Source: Moniliella sp. 'wahieum' (taxonomy: Eukaryota). From it: 64,000 bases of DNA. Shown in pieces: positions 50,550 to 61,444 of the stretch. The notes beneath the pieces were generated by a model, which did no database searches, was not told the DNA's origin, and was given only the letters and a program-made list of their open reading frames with translations. The DNA lies in assembly GCA_003971905.1 (NCBI GenBank), contig RSEE01000075.1, positions 124,001 through 188,000 of the forward strand, read 5' to 3'. Numbering within the stretch: position 1 is the first letter of the stretch; every line of letters starts with the position of its first letter. A program made the translations under genes and the position numbers.

Positions 50550-50872
50550 GTTCTCATCGCTGTTCTCATCGGCTCTCATCTCTTCTCATGGCTGTTTTCA
50601 TCGGCTCTCATATGTTCTCATGGCTGTTCTCATCTGTTCTCATCCTTCATCAATCTCAATCTCAATCCCCATCTCACTGTCAAGCTCAATCCTCATCTCG
50701 CTCTCAATGTCCATGTCAATCTCAATCTCAATCATCTCTCTAACTATCAATCCCCATCTCACTCTCAAACTTACCTTCAATCCCCATCTCAATTCACCCT
50801 CTCACTCTCAATCCCAATTCCCATCTCATTCTCATTCTCAACCTCAATCTCAATCTCAACCTCAACCTCAAC
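50550..50872. repeat. Degenerate pyrimidine-rich repeats (TTCTCATCGGCT-like, then TCTCAA-like hexamers)
   Basis: Read directly, downstream of LRG1. Confidence 0.75.
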
Positions 50873-51555
50873 CCTGCTGGGGTGCAGGTGCAGGTTAAAG
50901 GTACAGGGCTGGTGTAGATTGACCGTGGACGGTACGTCGGTACGTAGTGGTACAAGGTAGAATGGTAGAAGAATATTAGCATTCTGAATCCCTCCCCTGC
51001 TGCTTCCCTCTCACCCACCCTTACGGGTAAGAATAAGAAATGAAGTAGTTACGCGGCCCGCTAACATTTACCCATTCACCCCCGCGCGCGGTTCGGGTTC
51101 GGGACCCAGCTCGGTCAAACCAATCTCGAGACATCGTCTTTTTTCGTTCTGCGTTCTTCGTTCTGCGTTCTGCGTTCTGCGTTCTTGTGTTCTGTGGTCG
51201 CTGGTCTGTAGTCGGTGGTCGGAGGTCTGTGGTCGGCGGTCGACGGTCGACGGTCTTCGGCTCTTTGGGGTCCCCCACGGTCCGTGACTTGCTCAGTCTT
51301 CTTCTTCAGGCGCATCCGGACCACATCGCACCGCATCGCATCTCACGCAACCCATCCGTCCTCCCAGTCGCCCCTGCCGCGTGTAGGCAGGCTTTAGACC
51401 TCAGCCTCGACCTCGACCTCAGCCTCGACCTCGACCTCAGCCTCGATCACGACCATAAACCTGGACCCACACCGTCCCACAAATCCCCTCACCCTCGTCC
51501 TCAACCTCGTCCTCGTCCACACCATCGCCCTAGCCCTGGCCCTTAACGCAGGACA

Positions 51556-54500
51556 CTAAACAGTGGTAGTAAAGTTAGACGGGAAGATAACCGCGTCGGG
51601 GGAGAGTTGAGTTTGAGCGCGTTTGGTCCGGTCCAAATGCTCGCCTTCCCACCACCCATCCTCGTTCATCTCACCCACCAAAATCACATCGTGCGCTTGG
51701 AACGAAAATTCCTCCGGTAACTGCGCCACGTAATCGTACAGTGCTCGCACGACACGTACAACCGCCTTGCCCGACGATAGATGCGAAGGATACCCTGCTG
51801 CCGACGGCCCAGAGGGTGCGGGTGAAGGCGACGCAGCAGCCGCAGGAGCAGAAACAGGAGCAGGAGCAGGAGCAGGCGCCAACGCAGCTGCCGGCGCAGG
51901 CGCAGGACTGAACGCCGACCCGGGGGCGCACTGCCCGAGGGCGGCGCAGGGTACAAGTACGGCGGGCCATAGCCTGGCGCATGGGACGGCGGAGGCGGGT
52001 AGTACGGATAGCCAGCAGGCGGAGGCGCTTGCTGTTGCTGTGGTTGGGGTTGCTGCTGAGGCTGCTGCTGAGGCTGCTGCTGAGGCTGCTGTTGAGGCTG
52101 CTGCGGATAGGCGTACGCGGCGTAGCCCTGGGGCGCAGGCGGCGGGTAGTACCCCTGGAACGGCAGTGTGCCCGGCTGGACGGGCGTCACGGGCCGCGGG
52201 TAGAAGCCCGGGGCAGGCGAGGGCGCCTGTGCCTGTGCCGGCGGTTGCGCTTGCGGTTGCGCTTGCGGGTGTGCCGCCAGCTGCGGCGTGACGGGTCGCA
52301 TGTACCCTCCGGGCGCCCACGCAGGCGCACTGGCCCACCCTGGCTGCGGGCTGGGGGGCGCCGCGCCGGTCCACTGCGTCGGGCGCGGTGCAGCGGACGT
52401 GTGGAGCTGTTGTTGCTGCTGCTGCTGCTGCTGTTGCTGGGGGTGCGGTTGGACCGGGGGCTGGACCTGCGGCTGAACCTGCGGCTGAGGCGACGGCGGA
52501 TGGGCGCGGCGGTACTCGTCCGCCAACTCGTCCTCCACCACCTTGCCTGCCTTGTTGAGGGAGATGCCGAGCGGGCCTCTTGGGCCGTCCGGCCGGCGAG
52601 ACGGGGCGTGGGAAGGGGTAAAGGTCGGTGCCGGGGCTGGGGCCGGGGCCGAGGCGGGCGCACCAAACGCCTGCGCCGGACTGCCCATCGTCGGGGTAAA
52701 CGGTACTGGCGACGGACTGCGGCCGCGCGCGCCCACACCCGCAAAGCCCGCTGCCATGCTCATGCTCATGCTCATGCTCCCGGCGAAGCTGGTGCGATGG
52801 ACGACGGGCTGCGAGGAGGAGCATGCGTAGCCGCGGGCGGACAAACGAGTTGCGCCGTTCGCCCGGCAACGCCGCTTCTACCACCGACACGGCGCCGCCA
52901 GTCACCCGGGGGTGGCATGGCGCTCGTGCGCCGGTGCGGCGGCTTGCGCCGGCGGCGGCGGGGCTTGCATCAGCGCTGCCGTGGGCTGCATCCCCGGCGT
53001 GGGCGGGAAGGTGGGCGTGGCGGTGCCCCCGATCCGCTCGGGGGACGAAGGTGACGGGGAAAGCTGGCGCGGCTAGGTGTGCGCGGCGTACGCGCCTGCT
53101 TTCCTGCAGCCGCTTGAGCGCAGCCTCAATCGGGTCTTGGTACTCGCTGCCCTTGCCGGAAAAGACAGATTGGGCACTCCGCATCGACGGCGCCTTGGAC
53201 GGCGCAGACGCATCGGGCGTGGCTAACTTGCTCTTCCCCTCGGGGCTAGGCCACGTCGGAGGCGGTTTGGGAGACAAGTCCAACGGCCGCACCGACGGCG
53301 GCGCCACCGCACTCGCCGGCTGCACCTCCCGCATCGCCCGCTTCGACACGCTCGAGAAGGGCGACACGGCCGGCAGCGGGCTTGGCGCCGACGGCGGGCT
53401 GAGCTTGGCGGCGGGGACAAACGCGGGAGATGAATAGGAGGGGGCGGCGGTGGGTGGTGCGATGGCGGGCGAGACGGGGCGAGAGCTGGCGGCCGGCGTG
53501 GCCGCCGGCGCGGCGGACGCGAGCGACGGGCTGGGGTGCGCCGAGGGCGGGGCCGAGGGTGACGCCGCTGCCGCCGCCGACCCGACGCCGAGGGCGGCGG
53601 GCGCGGCGAGAGGCTGAGGGCGCTGAGGTCGGGCGTGTGGTCCAGCACCGAGTTGGCCTCGCGTTCGGGGTCGGGGTGTTCGCGGGCAAAGTTGGCCAGG
53701 AGAGGTTCGGGGTGGGCGGGGGCGGTGTGCGGGAACTCGTAGAACTCGACGGGCGGGTCCATGGCGCGGCCGGTAGCGTGGGCTTGGATGAACTGCTGTG
53801 CGGCTTCCTCGACGGTGGCGGCCTCGAGTGCCTGGCGCACCGCTTCGCACCCTCGTCGTCGGCCACGCACACGCCCGAAACGGCGTTGGCGTACGTCCAG
53901 AGCGATGCCTGTAGCTGGTCCAGCCGTTTCTCCTCCATGTCCTGCATCAGCTGCGCAGCGCCCCGGTCGGGCTGGGTCAGTTTCCCGGCGCGCAAGAACG
54001 ACAAGAAAGAGGGAGGGACACTCACATCGCAAAACTCTTTCCACTCGCGCGTCCAGCGGTGCGCCGTGTCACGCGCCTGCTCGACCGCAGCGGCGTACGC
54101 CTTGCGCGACGCGACGAGCGAGCGCTGGGCAGCAAGTTTCTTATCGAGGATGCGCTGGCGGTCGTGACCATCGGCATTGGCCGCCTGACGTTCGTACCCG
54201 TCGACCTGCAGTGCATCCGTCTCGTATTGCACCTGCGCTGCGCCGGCAGCCTTCTCCTCGGACGCGCGGCGCTGCTTGAGACGCACGAGCGCGGCCCACT
54301 TGTTGCGCCACACGCGGTGGGCCGACGTTTGGGCCGGAGTGAGTTGTTGGGCAACCTCGTCGCGCAGCGCGGTGGCTAGCTGCGCATGCGCCGTCGCTGC
54401 CTTGCCCATCTCACCGACAAACGTGCGCAGCGGCGCGGCCACCGCCTCGATCTCGCCCGCGCCGAGCGGGTGGGCAGCGAGCTGCTGGAGCCCGTGTGCG

Positions 54501-54667
54501 TACTGCTCCTCCAGCGTGGCGCGCGAGACGAGGAGCGAGGCGAGGTCGCCAAATGTTTGCTGCGACGTGCTGAGCAGCGACTTTTGCAGCACAGCCACGC
54601 CGGCCTGGTTGGCGCCCCAGAACGCGTTGCAGAACGCGTCGGGCGCAGGCAGCGTCGCGGCGGCCAT
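51556..54667 (-). CDS. F-BAR plus SH3 cytokinesis protein (Cdc15/Imp2/Hof1 family)
   Basis: FCNAFWG..GVAVL..RATLEEQYAHGL (FCH), WTREWKEFCD|LMQDMEEKRL..LWTYANAVSGVCVADDE (intron 54025-53951), C-terminal SH3 VRALYDYVAQLPEEFSFQAHDVI..DGWWEG..IFPSNF. Confidence 0.93.
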
Positions 54668-54936
54668 TGGGGGGAGGGGTAGCGATGGAGAAAGAGACGA
54701 TGGGGATGGGGAAAGAAACGATGGAGATGGGGGGGGGGGATGGAGATGGGGAAGATGGGGATGGAGATGGTGGCAAGCGCTCAGGAGCTGCCGGCACCGC
54801 CGGAGAATAGCAACAACTCCTGACAGCGCTCTTGCCCAGACAGGCAGGCTGGATCAACACAACACGCACCACACTGCCCGCGTGCCTGCCTCAACTTCTA
54901 CGCACACGACCGCTGAGGGGATGGGTGATGTATTTC

Positions 54937-57900
54937 CTAGTTTGCGTCCTCGTCAACCTCAAACTGCGCGCGCCGGAGGCCAAGACGCGCGAGCGCGCTC
55001 CCGGCTGCCTTCGGTTTGGGCGCCGCGGGCATGCCGGCGCGCGTCGGGGCCATGCCCACACGCGCCGGCGCCATGTCCACACGCGCCGGCGCCACGCGCT
55101 TCGCCGGGCGCGCCAGCCCCGTCACGGCCGACGCGCCACCGCCCACGAGCGCGTCAGTGGCCATCGTGCTGAACAGCGCTGCTTCCTCCTCGGCCTCGGC
55201 GGCACCGGCACCACGCGCCATCGGCACCACCGCCAGCGGGATGCGCATCATATCCTCCTCCTCCTCGCCATCCCCCTCGCCCATGTCCACACCCGCACCC
55301 GCACTCGCCGCGCGCACCCGCTGCGCTTCGCCGCCGCCGCCCGCTCCGCCCGGTCCGCCGCCACGTCGTCGTCCGACGGAGGATGCACCATCGCGTCCCA
55401 CGCGTCGGCGCGGCGCCGCTTCGTGCCCATGCCGCCGCCCGATCGGACGTGGACCGGCCCCTCGTCCGACGACCCAGAGCGGGCGAATCCCACCGATCTT
55501 CGTCTTCCTCGATCTGCACTTTGGCCCGTCCGGCGCGCGCATGGCCTTGTGTGCCTGCTGGATCTGACGACGCGTGTCCCACGCATCCGCCAAGTCAGCC
55601 GCGGTGGTCTTTGCGCGGTCCTGGCGAACCCAGCCGTTGGCTTGATCTTGGTCTTGATCTTGGTCGTGGTCGTGGTCGTCAGCGTCCTCCTCCTCGTCCG
55701 ACGGTTCCTGCATCTGCAAAAAGTCCATGTCGTCCTCAACGGGCGCGAGGGCTTGTTGGTACGTCTGGAAGAAGGCGGCAGCGTTGGGGTCTTGGCGTAA
55801 CGTCTCGAGTCCATCACCTTCAATGTGGCGTCTGGAGCGGACGCCCGCTGCGCCCGGCTGCGCAGCCAAGCGCATATCGCGCGCATCCTCCGCGTCTCTT
55901 TCCAGTTCGGCATCGAATCCCGATCGGAGGGTTTGGCGGTGGCGCCACGCGCCATCAGCGACGCGTTGCACGCGTTTTTCCAACTCGGCCTCGGCGACTT
56001 GTTGGTCCTGCCGCGCTTTGGCTGCCACCAACCGGTCCTTGGCTGCCTCGTCCACTTCGCGCTCATTGTTCACCAGCTCCTCCAGGTCCGCACCATCGTC
56101 CTCCGAATCGGTTTCCGCTTCGTCATCTCGCTTCTCCCCGTCCGACTCGTCGCTCCAAACGCCCGCCATGGCTGGCTTACGTCGCCGCCCGACCTGGATC
56201 CTCGTCCGAGTCCGATTCCTCCGCCTCGCCTTCGACAAACTCGGAGCGCAAACGGCGTTTCTTGGTCTGTTTGGCCTGATTTTGCTTGGACGACTGTAGC
56301 AGAAGGTCAAACACTGTCCCATCTGTCCCGGCCCCGGCCCTGGCCGCAGGTGCAGCAGGTGCCGTTGTTGGTGGTTCCTTGTCGTCGCCTTCTTCTTCTT
56401 CCTCGTCCTCGTCCTCGTCCTCGGCCTCGCTAGCGCTACTGTCGACGACGGGGCGCGACGCCGATCCGCCACGACGGAATCGTTTCCGTTTAGGCGCCCC
56501 CCGCGCGGCGAGGGAATCGACCGAGGTGTCAGCGGGACCCAACCCTGTCTGGGTCGACAGGGAAAACGGGAGAGCCACCTCGTCGTCCGAGGCTGAGGCT
56601 GATGCGCCATCGTCTTGGTCCTCGTCGCTAGGCTTGGTTTGGGTGTAGAGACCGTTCTTGTTCATGTACATTCGGGGGGCATCGAGCAGAGCCCGACGTT
56701 CTGCCCACACACGTTGTTTCTCCGCATCGGCCGCTTCCGCCTCGTAGTGGTCCGCGTCCAGCGTCGCAATCCCAGGTAGACCATCGTCGTCCCACCCCAG
56801 CTCTCCGGCGGGGCTTGGTGCGCCCGACGAAGCGCAGCAAACCCATCCTTCTCCTTGGGCGTGGGACTCGGGCCGTTCGGAAGGGCACTGGGGCGCACAC
56901 CAGCGGACTGCACCGCCACTGACCCTGGCACCGGCACGGGCACGGGCGTCGGTGTCGCCGCACCAAAAAACGCAGCGCCGAGCGCATCTCTGTCCCCGCC
57001 CCGGCCCAGCACCGACGCTGGCGGAGGGAGATCGGGATAGCCAGACCCACCCGGCGCCGAGGGATCGGCCTGCGTCCCGCCCTGGGTAGAAGCAAAGAAC
57101 TGGCTCAGTCCCGCTCCTGCCGCATTCGAATCGGATCCCAGCACGGACACGCGCCCCGTCGGGCCGGGCGGGACCGACGGTGCGCCCGAGGCAGCTGGCG
57201 AGCGTTCGGTGGTCACTGTGATAGCTTGCGTGGGCAGCGGCGTGTCCGTCGTGGTGGTGGTGGTTTGGGTGGGAACAAAGAAGTTGCTCAGTACGTCGGC
57301 GGTGCCATTGGGCAGGGAGAGGGCCCCTCCGCCCACCAAGGCGCTACTGGGTCGCGCCGTGATGTCCCCCACGCCCGCGTGGGAAGACTCTCGGCGTGGG
57401 AGCTGGCCCGGCGGTGGGAAGCCGCTGGGACTTGGCAGATCCGAGCGTTGGGACAGCGGGAACGAAGCTAGCCCCCCTCCTCGGTCCGTCCTGGGTCCTA
57501 CTTCCGTCGCCCTACCGTCGTCTTCCGAGTCGGACGAGATGGCTGCTCGGCGCGCACGAACAAGCGGCGCGCGATGCATGTGGACCTCGTCTTCGTCCCC
57601 ATCCCTGTCGGGACGTTCACGCAGCGACGACGATCCCTCCCGCTCATCGGCACTTTCGCCCCCTGCTGTTCCTCCTCCTTCTCCTCTTGTTCTCCCCTTG
57701 CTCCGCGTCTGGATCGGCCTCGGCCTCAGCCTCGCTCTCGCCACTGTACTGGAGCGTGAGCGGGTCGTCCTCTTGGTCCGGGGCATATTCGCTCCCGCTT
57801 TCCTCCGCTTCGTCTTGCTCAACGGGGGCAAAGAACGGGTTGGTGGGAAGGACAAAGACGCCCTCGGGCTTGGGGCCCAAGCCACGCGAAAGCATCGTCG

Positions 57901-59831
57901 CCGGATCGATCTTGCGACGAGTTTGTTCCCGCGCCGAAGACCACAGTGTCGACTGGAGCGAGCGCGGGGTAGTGCCACTGCGTGGCTCAGGGCGCTTCGT
58001 TGATCTGTTTGGCGTAAGTGGCGGGCAGGAGCCGAGGCCCCGTGCACCCCTTCACGTGCTTCCCGCGACCCAGGGGCAGGCGACCCATTCGACCCCCGAC
58101 CCAACAAACGTTCCCGCATCGACTCGACTCAACTTGCTCGGCACCGCTGCGCCCGCGCCGGGCCGCACAATGTCAACGAACTCAATCTCATCGTCATCGT
58201 CGTCGTCGTCGGCACCAGGGGCACCAGGGGCAACAGGTTGAGTCGAGATCAAGTGGGCCAAGCGGGAGACGTTGGTAAGGGGCTTGATGTCCTTGTCCTT
58301 AGCCTTGGCCTTTCCCTTCCCTTTCCCAATCGCTGGTTTCATCTCGTTCTCTTTGGCCACGTCGTCACTATCTTGCTCGTCAGCCAATAGGTCGGCAGCG
58401 AGGTGGGCCATACGCATCGCCGTGCCCTGCTGGTGCTGCGGTTGCGGGACCCCGGTACGAGGGGGTTTGGGGCTGGACATTGCCCACCTTCAACTTGGCG
58501 TTGCCAGCTTGGATGGCGGCATGCAATTGGGCCACATCAAACGTTTTGGTTTCCCGTCGGCGCGACTGGGATTCTTGCACAAACGTCCGCGCGGCCTCAA
58601 TTTTATTTTGCGCATTGAGACGCTGCGTTTCCTTCTCCATCTCTTCGCGTTCGCGACGCGACAACGGCTGAGGTAGCAGCGTGGTAGGAGGGATAGGAAG
58701 GGTAGGAAGGGTAGGAAGGAGTTAGTGTTAGGCCGCACGCGGACACAGAGAGCAGGATAAACCACATACCTTGATCTTGGCGGGTGCTTTGGACTTGGCT
58801 GCGCGCGCTGGCCGCTGGACGTCGAACCCTTCGTCAGGATCCGAGTCGGAAAAGAAGCCTGACGGGGGACGACAGCCTTGGCCGGACGCGCCGCACGCTG
58901 AGGCTGAGGCTGCGGCTCAACTCGCGACTCGCCTTGCTCCGGTTCAGGCAGGTCGGCAGGAAGAAACATATCGTCCGGCTCGGGCCATTCGCCCCCATCG
59001 TCCTCCAGCAGGTCCATCATGCGCGTTCCCATCGCCGTATTCACACTGGACTCGTTGGCCCTGTTCTCCTTCTCCTTTTGGTTCTGGTTCTGGTTGTCGG
59101 TCTCCTTCTGGCGTGCGGCCAAGGCTCGCGCCTCGGCGGCCGCTTGAGCCTCCCTCTCTTTCCTCTGCTGCACAAGCGCCAGGACGCGCGACTGCTTTGC
59201 GTTGTGGGTGCTGGGCCGCGCGGGGGAGGTAGGCTGGCCCGCAACGTCAGTCGCCTTGGTTGCGGCGACATCCGCGTCAGTCGACGGGTCCGTGTTGTGG
59301 GACGGGGGGGACTGGCACCGCGCCGCCCTTCGCCCGGACGACCAATGTGGAACCGACGTCGGGGGGTGCGGATCCCGTCGCTGCCCCAGCGGCCGATCGG
59401 CGTTTCATCATCTTTCCCGCCATCGCGCCCAGAGGCGCCGAGGGCAAAGCGTCCTCGTCGTCCTCGTCCTCGTTCTCGTCGCGGTCCTCGTAGTGGTCGT
59501 GCTCCTCGTCCTCGTCGCCGCTCTGGACGGGCGAGCGTGCATGGTGCGGGTGCGCGTCGGAGGATGCATCGGACGCATGGTGCGGCGAGAGCAGAGGGCG
59601 GGGAGAAAAGGCGAGACGAGGCGAGTGCGCAATCGGGGATTGTGGGTGGTCGTCGGCAGGATCAGACGGGGTGGCGCTGCGAGGGCGGCGGCGGGCGTAG
59701 GTGCGCGTGGCGGCGGGCGGCTTGGGCGGGCGGGAGGCGGCAGGGCGCGTGGGGGGCGAGGCGGGGCCGGGGGAGGTCTGGCTGGTGCTGCGGGGGCTGG
59801 ACATGGGCGGCATGGGCGACGAGGCGGCCAT
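54937..59831 (-). CDS. MRC1: Mrc1/claspin replication checkpoint mediator
   Basis: EEMEKETQRL, many SQ/TQ motifs (FFVPTQ, FFASTQ, GLYTQTKP), MRC1 domain SEFVEGEAEESD..DLEELVNN..ELEKRVQRVADGAWRHR. Intron starting near 58769; many frameshifts. Confidence 0.85.
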
Positions 59832-59942
59832 GGCGAGCTGTCCGGCAGGTGGCCACGCAGGCGGAGGTGGTGGTGGTGGTGGTGGTCAGCCCGCCGGCGC
59901 CGCGCTGTCCCAACTGCTGGGTGTGGCCACAGACTGCCTGCT

Positions 59943-59989
59943 CGCGTTGCGGCGCTCGGATCGCGTCGCGTCCGTCGCGTCGGCCGCGT
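59943..59989 (-). promoter_or_regulatory. Cluster of five MCB-like ACGCG elements upstream of MRC1
   Basis: CGCGT on + at 59943, 59962, 59967, 59976 and 59985, about 110-160 bp upstream of the MRC1 ATG. Confidence 0.6.
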
Positions 59990-60197
59990 CCCAACCCTAG
60001 CACACGCCTGCAACTTTCAAACTGCGCGGCGGAAAATCCAATTGTTAATTGCATGCGATGCACAGACCACCCACACGATGCTACGACAGCTACCACAGGC
60101 CATCCCCACACTAGGACCCGCTTGGATCGAGCAGCGCATCACGACACGTCCAATGCTTTCGTTTGCACGACAGGAGAGACAGCCAAACACCCCAAAC

Positions 60198-61117
60198 TCA
60201 GAGCTTCTGCATCGCAGCAATGTCGGTCGACTGCACATAGTCCTCGCCCTGGGACTCGATCGCTTCCTGCAGGTCCTCCAGCGACACCTTGTCGTCCTCG
60301 ACGACAAGCGTGATCTGCAACTTGCTCACGCCGTACCCGACCGGCACCAACTTGGACGACCCCACACCAGGCCTTCCATCTCGATCGAGCGCACCGTCTT
60401 CTCCAGCTCAGGCATCGGCGTCTCGTCGTCCCACGGCTTGACCTCGAGCGTGACCACCGACTTGGCCGGGCCCTTGGGTCCCTTGGCCGCCTTCTTCTTT
60501 TCGTACTCGGCCACACGCTCCGCCTTGACACGCGCCGCCTCCGCGTCCTCCTCCTCGTCGTCCGAGCCAAACAGGTCCACATCGTCGTCGTCCTCTTCCT
60601 CCTCCGCCGCCTTGGCTGCCGGGGCCACACCCGCACCCGCCAGCGCCGAAGCCGCAGCAGCCTTGTCCCCCTTCAGAGCCGGGTGCTGCTCCCTCGTACG
60701 AAGCAACGTGGGCAAACCAGCGCGCAACGTGCGGGTACTTGGCAAACACACCCGCGGCCACCGCCTCGCAGGTGGCAACGTCGGCCTGGGACAGCTGGGC
60801 GCTACAAAGACAGACAAAACAAGAGCGAGGGTGGTCAGCATCGGGGCAACACAACGCACCGTCAGGCCGGGGCCAAGGCAAGAGGAGGCAAGGGAGGGAG
60901 GAAGGGAGGTTCTCAGAGAGCCATAGAAGTGATTGTCGTCACTGCAGAAAAAAAGTCGCGGGGTCTTACGCCGCTGGGCTCGGAAACACGGACCATAGCG
61001 TAGGGATCATCACGGAGAGGGGGGGGAGGCAACGTACCCCGAGACGTAAGACTTGTCGGCGAGGAGCTTCTCGAGACCGGCAAGAGCGGCGGCGTTGCTA
61101 AAGTCGGGGAGGGACAT
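60198..61117 (-). CDS. EFB1: Translation elongation factor 1-beta
   Basis: [18 protein letters not shown] (intron 61037-60802), [52 protein letters not shown]. Confidence 0.97.
60909..61018 (-). ncRNA. snR18: Intronic box C/D snoRNA, U18/snR18 homologue
   Basis: Minus strand: C box GTGATGA (61013-61007); guide TGGTCCGTGTTT complementary to LSU rRNA AAACACGGACCA, followed by D' CCGA; C' TGACGA (60941-60936); D box CTGA (60916-60913). Host is the EFB1 intron, as for S. cerevisiae snR18. Confidence 0.93.
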
Positions 61118-61192
61118 GGCGGCAGGCGGTGGAGGAGGCGGAGGAGCAGCAGCAGCAGCAGCGCCCAACTCGAAAAAATTCTGGGTGGTGCG

Positions 61193-61204
61193 GCTGACGT
61201 CAGC
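61193..61204. promoter_or_regulatory. CRE/ATF-type palindrome GCTGACGTCAGC upstream of EFB1
   Basis: Identical to the 12-mer upstream of SER3; about 75 bp upstream of the EFB1 ATG. Confidence 0.5.
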
Positions 61205-61444
61205 GGTGCGTCTACTCCACGTGCGCGCCAGTGCGTCTAACCCTACCTTCTGTGATCGGCGCACCCAAGCGGCCGTTTTCTACCGCTCGTTTAGCCGTGG
61301 GTGGCGTGCGCTCGGGCCAGCCTCAAGTCACTCTATCTATAACCCCAGCCATCCCCCTCGTCTGTGCCAATCTGGCGTGCTGTCTGGACCAAGTGGGATG
61401 CTTAGGATAATCTAGTCCCTCTGCCCGCCTCGCTTGGGACAAGG

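Noticed and set aside
22879..60200. Cryptic peroxisomal isoforms by stop-codon readthrough (TGA CTA)
   Set aside because: Stops checked for PAD, VTA1, COQ1, BVMO, SER3 and EFB1 lack the TGA CTA context. Only the enoyl-CoA isomerase shows a PTS1, an ordinary SKL.
60982..60995. GAAACACGGACCA as an rRNA gene fragment
   Set aside because: It is the complement of the snoRNA guide; there is no flanking rRNA sequence.
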